Shown here in pieces: positions 1 through 8,695 of a stretch of DNA of 64,000 nucleotides. Origin of the DNA: Micrococcales bacterium (GTDB lineage Bacteria > Actinomycetota > Actinomycetes > Actinomycetales > Microbacteriaceae); the NCBI GenBank assembly GCA_947452985.1, contig CANGEU010000003.1, positions 34,284 to 98,283 on the forward strand. The letters are read 5' to 3'. The stretch's first letter is position 1. The number at the start of each line of letters is the position of its first letter. A program made the position numbers and the translations under genes. The notes below the pieces were generated by a model. That model ran no database searches, had not been told where the DNA came from, and worked only from the letters and a program-made list of their open reading frames with translations.

Positions 1-142
1 TGATGGAGTCAAATTCAGTTACGACATAAACGGAGTCGCCAACCAAATCCGGAGTTAAATTCGCGCTAACTAGGTGTAGAAATTTCTTTCCAATGAGACT
101 TGTTAGTAGCTGGATTTCAGAGCGTTTCATAATTGATTTCAT
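1..142 (-). CDS. hypothetical protein, 5' part only (runs off the window); possible cognate partner of the upstream toxin-like gene
   Basis: Not in the ORF track because it is truncated. A minus-strand ATG at 142..140 lies 2 nt after the TAA stop (147..145) of the 145..597 gene. It reads MKSIMKRSEIQLLTSLIGKKFLHLVSANLTPDLVGDSVYVVTEFDSI... and stays open to the window edge. No family recognised. Confidence 0.35.
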   Translation of the reverse strand, partial: MKSIMKRSEIQLLTSLIGKKFLHLVSANLTPDLVGDSVYVVTEFDSI

Positions 143-144
143 CG

Positions 145-597
145 TTATCTATTCTTTCTTGATTCTGGTGTTACAAAATGAATTTTGTAGTTGTCGGGGC
201 TTTGACCTTGGTTCTTTATATCAATGGCCGGTGAGCCATCCGAAGTCGATTTTGGGCGGAAAGTAACGGTAATTTGCTTACCGAAGGATGCAGTCCATCC
301 TCCAGGTATCGTGACCAACCCTTCTGATGAAATACGTAATTTATTAAAGAACTCAATAGCGGAAGTCAAAGGTGTATCGCTTACCATGTGACGCCTCTCC
401 TCTGAACCCTTTCTGCCGGGCACCCCAAATCTTCCTTCATGGTTTCTCGGATACTTTTGACCTAGCCTTTCTACGTTTTTAGAAAATTGGTTAGGGTCAA
501 TATTCCGACCCCCACCTGATGTACTTACTCCCATTTGGGCTCCTAAATAGATTGATTCGAAATCTTGGGCGTACAGAAAGTGTCTTCCGCGTGTCAC
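145..597 (-). CDS. hypothetical protein (about 150 aa, no signal peptide); toxin-domain-like by gestalt only
   Basis: ORF track, GTG start. The basic/Gly-rich N-half (GQKYPRNHEGRFGVPGRKGSEERRH) and the C-half ...ITVTFRPKSTSDGSPAIDIKNQ...YKIHF resemble stand-alone C-terminal toxin modules. It is tightly coupled to a small downstream ORF and sits in AT-richer DNA. The function is not established. Confidence 0.5.
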   Translation of the reverse strand: MTRGRHFLYAQDFESIYLGAQMGVSTSGGGRNIDPNQFSKNVERLGQKYPRNHEGRFGVPGRKGSEERRHMVSDTPLTSAIEFFNKLRISSEGLVTIPGGWTASFGKQITVTFRPKSTSDGSPAIDIKNQGQSPDNYKIHFVTPESRKNR

Positions 598-966
598 GGC
601 AATAGGACAGGATCTTCAACCAGGGGATTTCTAGCGACAGCTCGTTTGTGAAAACGAGGTGATTATTTGGCGACGACGAAGTTAGCTAGATCGCTATATG
701 GATGCTCGACTTATGTCGCAGAACGTTTGCAAAATTACGAGCTAGGCCGTTTGCGTTAAAAAGTATGCACAAGGCACTTGTTGGAGCTATTAGAAAGCTT
801 CCTGCTGTCAAATTTATCGATAAAACCCGCAAATATTTTCAAGACACGCCCTATTTTTCGATATTATGTTCGAAAATGACGGTAAAAGTCGGGATTAATA
901 GGTTTTTCTAAAATTTTTCGAAGGTGGCGCCCAAATGTCGATATTTTGCGCATCGGCACGTTACTC

Positions 967-1098
967 GGAATAGATCGGCAAACACTCAGGTTTATCTGTA
1001 ATGCTTGTAAAAGCAACAAAGTTCTTCGGGGTCAGTGAAAATCTGAGCCGGCGGTTATAGTCCGCGACCCGACAGGTGGTAACATTTGGCGGTTGAGC
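967..1098 (+). repeat. truncated second copy of the rib leader (promoter region plus the 5' two-thirds of the FMN riboswitch aptamer)
   Basis: A direct comparison by eye of 967..1098 with 2137..2268 gives 132 nt with 8 mismatches. Only 1 mismatch falls inside the aptamer part. The 3' aptamer half (GGTGGAATTCC...GGATGGGAGAAG) is missing, so this copy cannot fold as a riboswitch. Confidence 0.9.
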
Positions 1099-1197
1099 CT
1101 TGTAATCACACCGGTCGCACTGGTCCTTGTGCTCAGGCTTTGATTGCTGCTGGTATTTCCCGAGTTGTTTATGCTTCCGCTGATCCTGGTGTTGAGT
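1095..1197 (+). pseudogene. internal ribD fragment (deaminase zinc-motif region) fused to the partial riboswitch copy
   Basis: 1095..1197 matches ribD 2610..2712, 103 nt with 6 mismatches. The junction with the riboswitch copy lies in the shared hexamer TTGAGC (1093..1098; compare 2263..2268 and 2608..2613). Confidence 0.9.
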
Positions 1198-1549
1198 AAA
1201 GAAGATCAAGAGCGCTGTAACCGACACCGATGGCATCATCAAGTTCGATCGCGAAGCCAAGCCAGGCGTCTCTAACCTGCTCGGAATCCACTCGGCAATC
1301 TCAGGCCGTTCAATCGAATCACTCGAAGAGCAGTTCGCCGGCGAAGGCTATGGCGCCCTAAAGGCTGAAGTAGCCGACGTAGTCATCGCCGCTATCGAAC
1401 CAATCCGCGAGCGCACCCAAGAGCTAATGGCCGACCAAAACGAGCTTGACCGCCTCCTCGCCGATGGCGCAGACAAGGCAAACGAACTCGCAGAGGCAAC
1501 TCTCGCCAAGGTTTATGACGCGATTGGTTTCCTCAAGGCGAAACCCTAG
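1196..1549 (+). pseudogene. trpS: tryptophanyl-tRNA synthetase 3' fragment (C-terminal about 117 aa only)
   Basis: The frame is open from 1196 (in-frame TGA at 1193) to TAG at 1547..1549. It translates to KKIKSAVTDTDGIIKFDREAKPGVSNLLGIHSAISGRSIESLEEQFAGEGYGALKAEVADVVIAAIEPIRERTQELMADQNELDRLLADGADKANELAEATLAKVYDAIGFLKAKP. This parallels the remembered TrpS C-terminus (KKIKRAVTDSD...GVSNLL...GAEKA...AVYEAIGF). The HIGH/KMSKS catalytic part is absent. Confidence 0.85.
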
Positions 1550-2121
1550 CTGTGACAGGAAGAGTCTAGGTCTTCTCCCCATTTATTGACCATTCGATAC
1601 TCACCATCTGGTTCGCTACGTTTGATCAAAACCGTCCAGTTGGTTTCACACTTGTGCCCCGTGTGTCCATGATTGGTAATCTCTGGCCACCCGAAAAATT
1701 TGGCTGTAACGATGCCATTTTTTTCAGTGGCGCCGTCCCAGCGTTCGATAACGTAATGCATTTCGTCCACGCTGTAGTCCAAAGTGTTTGAACCTTCTTC
1801 TTTTAGAAGTTTGACGGAGAGCTTGAAAAGTCGATCGGCCTCTTCTTTCACCCACACGGTAGCCAAATCTTCTTTGAACTTCCTGGTGATTGGCGAATTA
1901 GGGTCGTTGGCTATCGCAATTGACTCTTCCTTGTACTTTAGCCAAATACGTTCGTCAGCTTCCACAAGTTTTTGAACAGTGCCCTGCATGCTCTTCTGAT
2001 TGATTGTTTGGCCGGCGAAGGGCAACTCCACCTGAATGGTGATCAAAATGGGCAAGGCTACAGCTACAGCCCCAGCCACTAAAGCCCACAAAATGGTTTT
2101 CTTATTCACGTGTACCCCCAA
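1546..2121 (-). CDS. membrane-anchored hypothetical protein (single N-terminal TM)
   Basis: ORF track, TTG start. Hydrophobic segment ILWALVAGAVAVALPILITI followed by a soluble domain. No family recognised. Confidence 0.6.
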   Translation of the reverse strand: MGVHVNKKTILWALVAGAVAVALPILITIQVELPFAGQTINQKSMQGTVQKLVEADERIWLKYKEESIAIANDPNSPITRKFKEDLATVWVKEEADRLFKLSVKLLKEEGSNTLDYSVDEMHYVIERWDGATEKNGIVTAKFFGWPEITNHGHTGHKCETNWTVLIKRSEPDGEYRMVNKWGEDLDSSCHS

Positions 2122-2190
2122 GCCAATAGTAATTCAGGAATAGATTGGTCAACGCACAGGTTTATCTGTAATGCTTGTATGAGCAACAAA

Positions 2191-2315
2191 GTTCTTCGGG
2201 GTCAGTGAAAATCTGAGCCGGCGGTTATAGTCCGCGACCCGACAGGTGGTAACACTTGGCGGTTGAGCTGGTGGAATTCCAGCACCGACGGTTAAAGTCC
2301 GGATGGGAGAAGAAC
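2191..2315 (+). promoter_or_regulatory. FMN riboswitch (RFN element) controlling the rib operon
   Basis: P1 pairs GTTCTTC (2191) with GAGAAGAAC (2307..2315). Conserved RFN blocks are present: CTTCGGGGTCAGTGAAAATCTGAGCCGGCGGT, AGTCCGCGACCC, GGTGGAATTCCAGCACCGACGGTTAAAGTCCGGATGGGAGAAG. A short hairpin plus TTTTT (about 2311..2333) follows, 70 nt upstream of ribD. Confidence 0.9.
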
Positions 2316-2385
2316 GAGGCGTTCGTCCTTTTTGGCGTGCGCCCTATCTTCCGTCGCCCCCGTATGTCTATGAGAGGGCGGCAAA

Positions 2386-3399
2386 ATGCCAGCTATTTAT
2401 GAGAGTGCGATGACTCGTGCGCTTGAGCTTGCCCTGCGCGGACCGGCTTTTGGGGTGAACCCACAGGTTGGTGCTGTGATTCTTGATGCTGACTTGAACG
2501 TTGTGGCTGAGGGCTGGCACGAGGGCGCTGGAACGCCTCACGCCGAGGTTATGGCTCTTTCTTCTCTCCCAGCTGTTCTTCCTACTGGTTACACCGCTGT
2601 GGTGACCCTTGAGCCTTGTAATCACACTGGTCGCACTGGCCCTTGTGCTCAGGCTTTGATCGCTGCTGGTATTTCGCGAGTAGTTTATGCTTCTGCTGAT
2701 CCTGGTGTTGAGTCGGGTTCTGGTGCTTCGACCCTGCGTGATGCTGGCGTAGAAGTTATTTCAGGAGTTCTTGAGGATTTGGCTGATGACCAAGCCCGAG
2801 TTTGGCTAACTTCTGCCACCAATCAACGCCCGTTTGTGACTTTGAAGTGGGCGCAGTCTTTGGATGGCCGTGCTGCTGCGGCAGATGGTTCGTCGCAGTG
2901 GATTAGTGGTCCGGAGTCTCGTGCTCACGCGCACGTTGTTCGTTCTTCGATTGATGCGATTTTGGTTGGAACTGGAACGGTTCTTGCCGACAACCCTTCG
3001 TTGACTGCTCGTAAGCCGGATGGTTCGCTCTACGACCACCAGCCTTTGCGAGTGGTTTTGGGCAACAGCATGATTCCTTCGGATGCCAAGATCTTTGACG
3101 ACGCGGCTGAGACGATTCGTGTTCGTAATCACGATTTGACTGTTTTGTTGGCAGAGCTTTATGCCCGTGGCGTTAAGCACCTCATGGTTGAGGGTGGCCC
3201 GACGGTGGCTTCAGCTTTTGTTCGTGCTGGTTTGGTCGATGAGTTTGTTACCTATTTGGCGCCGCAGCTTATTGGTGGTCCTGGTGTGGCCGTTACCGAT
3301 TTGGGTGTTGAGTCGATGTCTTCGGCGTATCAGCTGACCTTCAAGGAAGTTCTTCCGATGGGCGCAGATCTTTACATTCGAGCAGCGAGGAGTAACTAA
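2386..3399 (+). CDS. ribD: bifunctional diaminohydroxyphosphoribosylaminopyrimidine deaminase / 5-amino-6-(5-phosphoribosylamino)uracil reductase
   Basis: 337 aa. Cytidine-deaminase-type zinc motifs HAEVMAL and TLEPCNHTGRTGPC, followed by a reductase domain. It is the first gene after the FMN riboswitch. Confidence 0.95.
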   Translation: MPAIYESAMTRALELALRGPAFGVNPQVGAVILDADLNVVAEGWHEGAGTPHAEVMALSSLPAVLPTGYTAVVTLEPCNHTGRTGPCAQALIAAGISRVVYASADPGVESGSGASTLRDAGVEVISGVLEDLADDQARVWLTSATNQRPFVTLKWAQSLDGRAAAADGSSQWISGPESRAHAHVVRSSIDAILVGTGTVLADNPSLTARKPDGSLYDHQPLRVVLGNSMIPSDAKIFDDAAETIRVRNHDLTVLLAELYARGVKHLMVEGGPTVASAFVRAGLVDEFVTYLAPQLIGGPGVAVTDLGVESMSSAYQLTFKEVLPMGADLYIRAARSN

Positions 3400-3995
3400 T
3401 GTTTACCGGAATTGTTGAAGAGCTGGGAACGGTCGTTTCGATCGTGGAACAGCCAGATGCTAAGCGCATTACTTTTGCTGGACCTTTGGTGACCTCTGAT
3501 GTTCACCGTGGTGATTCGATTGCTGTGAACGGAGCTTGCCTTACTGCGGTTGAGATTTCTGGTTCTACCTTCACCGCAGATGTCATGCACGAGACTTTGC
3601 GTCTGACGGCTCTTGGCGACTTGACTGCTGGTTCTCCGGTGAACTTGGAACGGGCGATGAACGCTGCCACTCGTTTTGGTGGTCACATGGTTTTGGGTCA
3701 CGTTGATGGGGTCGGCACTGTGGTGTCTCGTAAGCCATCGGATAACTGGGAATGGGTGACCATCGAAATCCCTAAAGACTTGATGAAGTATGTGGTTTTG
3801 AAGGGTTCGATCACGATTGATGGAATCTCTTTAACCGTGAACGAAGTTATGGAATCAACCGTTTCGTTCTCACTCATCCCAGAAACTCTTCGTCTCACCA
3901 CTCTTGGATCTAAGGGTGTTGGTTCGTTGGTCAATGTGGAGGTCGACATCATGGCCAAGCACATTGAGAAATTGATTGAAAGCAGGAACAACTAA
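3399..3995 (+). CDS. ribE: riboflavin synthase (alpha chain)
   Basis: 198 aa with the characteristic MFTGIVEELG N-terminus and two lumazine-binding repeats. It shares 1 nt with the ribD stop. Confidence 0.95.
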   Translation: MFTGIVEELGTVVSIVEQPDAKRITFAGPLVTSDVHRGDSIAVNGACLTAVEISGSTFTADVMHETLRLTALGDLTAGSPVNLERAMNAATRFGGHMVLGHVDGVGTVVSRKPSDNWEWVTIEIPKDLMKYVVLKGSITIDGISLTVNEVMESTVSFSLIPETLRLTTLGSKGVGSLVNVEVDIMAKHIEKLIESRNN

Positions 3996-5236
3996 TGGCT
4001 CTATCAACTATCGACGAGGCATTAGATGCCCTTCGCGCCGGCAAGCCGGTACTGGTAGCCGACGACGAGAATCGTGAGAACGAGGGCGACGCGATCATCG
4101 CAGCCGAATTTGTCACCGAAGAGTGGATGGCCTGGATGGTTCGTAATACCACCGGTTTCCTCTGCGCACCGATGGAAGACGCACGCGCCAACGAGCTTGA
4201 ACTTCCGCTAATGCTTCAGAACAACCAAGACCCTCACAAGACGAACTACACGATTACCGTTGACGCCGCTGAGCGTGAGTCAACCGGTGTTTCGGCTTAT
4301 GACCGCGCTTTGACCGCGAGGACTTTGGCTCACCCTGAGGCTACCGCCGAGTCGCTAATTCGCCCAGGTCACATTGTTCCTTTGCGTGCGCACCACCACG
4401 GCGTTTTGGGTCGACCTGGACACACCGAAGCAACCGTTGACCTTTTGAAGCTGGCTGGGCTTACTCCCGTTGGAGTTATTGGTGAAATGGTTTCTGAAGA
4501 CGGAACCATGATGCGATTGGCGGAACTTGAGACCGTTGGCGCTCGTGAAGGTTTACCTGTGATCACGATTGAACAAATCGTTGAGCACCTGAAGACCAAC
4601 GACATTCTTTACGCTCACAACCCAACCAACCGCATTCGCTTTGAGGCTGAAGCGAATGTTCCAACCACTCACGGAAACTTCCGTCTGCGCGGTTACTACG
4701 ACATCAAGACCACCGCTGATCACGTTGCAATCATTTCGGGTCACCCAACCGGCGAAGACGTGCTGGTTCGTATGCACTCGGAGTGCATCACCGGTGAAGC
4801 GTTTGGCTCGTTGAAGTGTGAATGTGGTCCGCAGTTGGACTTTGCGCTAGACAAGATTGCCAACGACCCTAAGGGTGGAATTGTGATTTATCTTCGTGGC
4901 CAGGAAGGTCGCGGAATTGGTCTATTGAACAAGCTGAAGGCTTACGCACTTCAGGAGCAGGGCCTAGACACCGTTGAGGCAAACCTTGCTCTGGGGCTTC
5001 CTTCGGAGAACCGCGAATACGGCGCTGCCGTTTCAATTCTGAAGGACCTTGGTGTGAAGAGCGTTCGTTTGATGACTAACAATCCAGCCAAGAGTAACTT
5101 CCTAATCGACGCCGGCATTCCGGTAACCGAATACGTTCCAGTGATTACCGGTCTAGCCACCGAGAACATCGGTTACCTAGAAACCAAGCGTGAAAAGATG
5201 GGTCACATCATCGGCGACGTAAAGGCGGGCAACTAA
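3995..5236 (+). CDS. ribBA: bifunctional 3,4-dihydroxy-2-butanone-4-phosphate synthase / GTP cyclohydrolase II
   Basis: 413 aa. N-terminal DHBP synthase (DDENRENEGD). C-terminal GCH-II with the zinc Cys motif HSECITGEAFGSLKCECG. Confidence 0.95.
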   Translation: MALSTIDEALDALRAGKPVLVADDENRENEGDAIIAAEFVTEEWMAWMVRNTTGFLCAPMEDARANELELPLMLQNNQDPHKTNYTITVDAAERESTGVSAYDRALTARTLAHPEATAESLIRPGHIVPLRAHHHGVLGRPGHTEATVDLLKLAGLTPVGVIGEMVSEDGTMMRLAELETVGAREGLPVITIEQIVEHLKTNDILYAHNPTNRIRFEAEANVPTTHGNFRLRGYYDIKTTADHVAIISGHPTGEDVLVRMHSECITGEAFGSLKCECGPQLDFALDKIANDPKGGIVIYLRGQEGRGIGLLNKLKAYALQEQGLDTVEANLALGLPSENREYGAAVSILKDLGVKSVRLMTNNPAKSNFLIDAGIPVTEYVPVITGLATENIGYLETKREKMGHIIGDVKAGN

Positions 5237-5703
5237 TGAGCGGAGCGGGAGCACCAAAGCTTCAGATTGATGCGAGCGGTTTGGCTGTGACTATCGTGGT
5301 CACTTCTTGGCACACCGAGATCACCGAAGGGCTTTTGGCTGGAGCCGAGCGCGCCCTAAAGGCAGCCGGCAACGATGTCTACTCAATCATGAGAGTGCCA
5401 GGAGCTTTTGAACTTCCACTAGGCGCCCAGTACGCCATTGAGGATGGCGCCGAGGTTGTTATTGCTCTCGGTGTGGTAATTCGTGGCGGAACTCCGCACT
5501 TCGAATATGTTTGCAATGCGGCCACCGATGGCCTAACCCGAGTTCAGCTAGATTCCGGTGTTCCAATCGGTTTTGGGTTGCTAACTGTGGACACCGAAAA
5601 GCAGGCTTTGGACCGCGCTGGCCTTGAAGGTTCGTTGGAAGACAAGGGTGCCGAGGCCGTTGAAGCAGCAGTCCAGATGGCTAGACTAAAGCCATGGAAC
5701 TAA
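5236..5703 (+). CDS. ribH: 6,7-dimethyl-8-ribityllumazine synthase
   Basis: 155 aa. Lumazine synthase signature region VPGAFELP...GVVIRGGTPHFEYV. Start overlaps the ribBA stop. Confidence 0.95.
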   Translation: MSGAGAPKLQIDASGLAVTIVVTSWHTEITEGLLAGAERALKAAGNDVYSIMRVPGAFELPLGAQYAIEDGAEVVIALGVVIRGGTPHFEYVCNAATDGLTRVQLDSGVPIGFGLLTVDTEKQALDRAGLEGSLEDKGAEAVEAAVQMARLKPWN

Positions 5704-6068
5704 CAGCACAAATTGCACTCATCCTTCACCTAGTAGGTATTGGAGCACTTCTTTCCGGCTTCTTCTACCAGCTAAAAGACTGGGGAACCGGCATGAAGAT
5801 TAACGCAGGAATTCTTCACGGTGCCTGGCTGATGCTAGTCACCGGTTTCGCCTTGGCCGCACTCGTGCCAATGGTTGAAACTACCGAACAGATCAACAAC
5901 TGGGTTCTAGGTGTCAAGAGCATTGTGATCACCGCAATATTCTTCATCGCCTATGGCTACAACAAGAAGGAAAAGACCGCCAAGTGGGTTGTACCTGCTA
6001 TCGCCGGTCTGACCACCCTAAACATTTGCCTAGCGGTGCTGGGCCCAATCCTGATCGCTAAAAACTAG
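5694..6068 (+). CDS. small 4-TM membrane protein, last gene of the rib operon, function unknown
   Basis: 124 aa with four hydrophobic segments. The ATG at 5694 overlaps the ribH 3' end by 10 nt, which implies translational coupling. Confidence 0.7.
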   Translation: MELTAQIALILHLVGIGALLSGFFYQLKDWGTGMKINAGILHGAWLMLVTGFALAALVPMVETTEQINNWVLGVKSIVITAIFFIAYGYNKKEKTAKWVVPAIAGLTTLNICLAVLGPILIAKN

Positions 6069-6898
6069 CGCAAGAACAAGGCAGTTAGTCGGCGGGTTGT
6101 GAAAAACAGCCCGCCGATTATCATTACCGCGAAGTAAGTAAGGTGGCTGAACAGCGACCAGCTGAGGTTGAGGTTCATGCAGTCGCGAACCAGGTCGATT
6201 GACTGACGTAGCGGAAGAGCATTGATTAGAGCCTGAGCCCATTCTGGGAAGATGCTCAGTGGGAACAGGGTTCCTGAGAATAGGAACATCGGGAGCAGCA
6301 GGAACGTAATCATATCGAGCTGCTGGAAACTCTTCACATAGCTGGTGATTCCCATTCCGACCGAAGCGAATGCGAAGGCGACAATCCCAGCGGCGACGAT
6401 TGCCAGGAGTGCTCCCCCGAGCGACGGTAGTAGTCCTAGTGAACCGACCACGGTTACGAAGCCAATTGCATAGACGAATCCGCGGAACATGGCCCAACCG
6501 ATTTCACCCAGGGCAACATCAAGTGTTCCGAGGCTGGTTGCCAACATGCCCTGATAGAGCTTGGCGAACTGCATTTTGAAGTAGACGTTCCAGGTGCTGT
6601 CGAAGATGGCGCCGTTCATTGCACTCGTGGCTAGCAGCGCCGGCATTATGTAGGCGGCGTAGGAAATGGTTTTGCCGTGATCGGTAATGGTTCCAACCAT
6701 TCCGCCAACTCCGTAGCCAAAGGCAATTAGAAAGAGCACCGGTTCCACGAACCCGGCGACGAAGGTTAGTCCGCTCGAGGACTTGAGGGTACGGAGGTTG
6801 CGCTCGGCGACCGTGCCTGGCCTTCCGGCGAAGATGCTCGAGCCGAGTTTGCCGGAACGGCGTTCGGCTAGTGCAATTGCTGCGTTGATAAAACTCAT
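6065..6898 (-). CDS. ABC-2 type transporter permease (second of two)
   Basis: Polytopic membrane protein. I place the start at the ATG at 6898 (MSFINAAIALAE...), which forms an ATGA overlap with the upstream permease stop. The track start at 6979 is an over-extension. Confidence 0.8.
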   Translation of the reverse strand: MSFINAAIALAERRSGKLGSSIFAGRPGTVAERNLRTLKSSSGLTFVAGFVEPVLFLIAFGYGVGGMVGTITDHGKTISYAAYIMPALLATSAMNGAIFDSTWNVYFKMQFAKLYQGMLATSLGTLDVALGEIGWAMFRGFVYAIGFVTVVGSLGLLPSLGGALLAIVAAGIVAFAFASVGMGITSYVKSFQQLDMITFLLLPMFLFSGTLFPLSIFPEWAQALINALPLRQSIDLVRDCMNLNLSWSLFSHLTYFAVMIIGGLFFTTRRLTALFLR

Positions 6899-7725
6899 CG
6901 GCTTAGCCTCTTCATGAACTGAGGGTAGGCAAAGGACGCACCAATGACGCCGTAGGCGATCAAGATCACATAGTGCCAAAAAGTGTATGGGTCTGGGGAG
7001 CCGTAGCTAATGCTTCTGGCCAACTCGGTTCCGTGCCAGAGCGGTGATGCCCAGGCGATGTTCTGAACCAGTTCTGGCATGTTCTTTAGTTCATAGAAGG
7101 TTCCCGAGAACATGAACATTGGTGCCACGATAAATCGCATGACCAGAATCAGCATGTCGGCTTCCTCATTGATGTAACTGGAGAAGGCTAGGAATACAAA
7201 ACCCCAGCAGAGACCAAGCAACATGGATAGCAAAATGACGCCTGGAATGGCAGCCCAAGCTAGAGCGCCGAAGAACACCAAGATCACCGCGTAAATGATT
7301 GAGTTGACCAAAACTCGGAACATTGCATAGAGCATGAGTCCGTTGGCAATCTGGCGTCCGCCGATTGCGGTTTGGTTCATCGCGTGAAAAGACTTTTCCC
7401 AACTGAAACCTTGGAGAACCACGAACGAGGTTTCGTCCACGGCCGCTTGTAAAGCACTGGCCATTAGGAGTGCCGGGGCTAGGAAGGTCAGGTATTGCAC
7501 GCCGTCGACGAGCCCGAGGTTTTTCGAGACCAGTGTGCCGAGGCCGATACCGATACTCATTAGGTAGAGCACCGGGTGGCCAACACCGTAGGCCAGCATT
7601 GGCAGCCACCACTTGAACGATTCGCGGCCACGAGCCAGGGCAACGTAAATTGAGCCCCAGCGCGCTGGCTTGCGAGGGTCGACCAGCTTGGCCGCACCCT
7701 GCCAGTTAGTAAAAACGTCTGACAT
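6895..7725 (-). CDS. ABC-2 type transporter permease (first of two)
   Basis: 276 aa with about 6 TM segments. Start overlaps the stop of the ATPase gene by 1 nt. Confidence 0.8.
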   Translation of the reverse strand: MSDVFTNWQGAAKLVDPRKPARWGSIYVALARGRESFKWWLPMLAYGVGHPVLYLMSIGIGLGTLVSKNLGLVDGVQYLTFLAPALLMASALQAAVDETSFVVLQGFSWEKSFHAMNQTAIGGRQIANGLMLYAMFRVLVNSIIYAVILVFFGALAWAAIPGVILLSMLLGLCWGFVFLAFSSYINEEADMLILVMRFIVAPMFMFSGTFYELKNMPELVQNIAWASPLWHGTELARSISYGSPDPYTFWHYVILIAYGVIGASFAYPQFMKRLSR

Positions 7726-8666
7726 TAGTCGACCAGAGTTCTACCGGTGAGGCGAAGGAAAACGTCTTCCAAAGAGCTGCGACGAACTAGCGAGGTAACC
7801 GGCTTCAAGCCCATTTTGGTGAGCTGTTCCAAAGCTTTTTCACCATTTTCCGAATAGATTAGAATGCGGTCTGGAAGAACTTCGATGCGGTCACCAATTT
7901 TTTGTAATTTCTTGGCGGCGTCTGCGTTGCCGGTGGAACCGAAACGCACTTCAAGAACTTCTTTGCTCGAGTAGTCCTTGATGAGTTGCGCCGGGCTTCC
8001 CTCGGCCATGATCTGACCTTTGTCCATGACGATTAGGCGGTCGCATAGTTGTTCCGCTTCGTCCATGTAGTGAGTGGTGAGCACCAAGGTGACACCAAGT
8101 TCCTTTAGGCGGAATAGTCGGTCCCAGAGCACGTGACGTGCCTGAGGGTCCAGGCCGGTGGTTGGTTCGTCGAGAAGCAGAATTTCTGGCTCATTGACCA
8201 GGCCGCGGGCAATGGTCAGGCGGCGCTTCATTCCGCCAGATAGTTCTTCGCTTTTCACGTTGCGCTTATCTTCCAGCTGCGCGAAAGCCAGCAATTCCTC
8301 AATCTTGTTTTTGAGGAACTTGCGGCTCAGACCGAAATAGCGGCCGTAAACCAAAATGTTTTCCCAAACCGTGAGCTGGCGGTCTAGGTTGTCCTGTTGG
8401 GGCACCACACCTAGGTGAGCACGGATCTCCGGACCAAACTTGTCGGGGTCTTTTCCAAGAATTTGTAATTCACCCTCGGTGCGCTGAAGCGTCGACGTGA
8501 TCATGCGCATCGTCGTGGACTTCCCGGCGCCGTTAGGTCCTAGTAAACCAAAGGCTTCTCCGCGCTTAACCTCGAAGTCGATGCCGGCTACGGCAACAAA
8601 ATCGCCATAGGTTTTACGCAAACCCTTGGCGCGAATAACGAGCTCTGGCTCAGATGATTTAGTCAC
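7725..8666 (-). CDS. ABC transporter ATP-binding protein (DrrA/NodI-like exporter ATPase)
   Basis: 313 aa. Walker A GPNGAGKST, signature LSGGMKRRL, Walker B LLLDEPTTGLD. Confidence 0.9.
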   Translation of the reverse strand: MTKSSEPELVIRAKGLRKTYGDFVAVAGIDFEVKRGEAFGLLGPNGAGKSTTMRMITSTLQRTEGELQILGKDPDKFGPEIRAHLGVVPQQDNLDRQLTVWENILVYGRYFGLSRKFLKNKIEELLAFAQLEDKRNVKSEELSGGMKRRLTIARGLVNEPEILLLDEPTTGLDPQARHVLWDRLFRLKELGVTLVLTTHYMDEAEQLCDRLIVMDKGQIMAEGSPAQLIKDYSSKEVLEVRFGSTGNADAAKKLQKIGDRIEVLPDRILIYSENGEKALEQLTKMGLKPVTSLVRRSSLEDVFLRLTGRTLVD

Positions 8667-8695
8667 GAATTCTCCTACCTTGCTAGCCTAGATAC

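Noticed and set aside
702-911. 69-aa + strand ORF in the AT-rich region
   Set aside because: It has no motifs and no RBS. It lies in AT-rich DNA with short repeats, so it is treated as non-coding.
961-1260. 99-aa minus-strand ORF
   Set aside because: It runs antisense across the riboswitch copy, the ribD fragment and the trpS fragment. It is explained by those scars.
6899-6979. N-terminal extension of the second ABC-2 permease ORF
   Set aside because: It overlaps the upstream permease gene. The ATG at 6898 forms an ATGA stop/start overlap, as is typical of operons.
7166-7612. Numerous additional alternative-frame or antisense ORFs of 60-150 aa inside well-supported genes (for example 7166..7612, 2806..3180, 29524..29970, 37523..37945, 54457..54840, 55123..55653)
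   Set aside because: Each is fully embedded in a gene with strong family motifs on the other strand or frame. They show Arg/Ser/Pro-rich low-complexity translations typical of off-frame reading in GC-moderate DNA.
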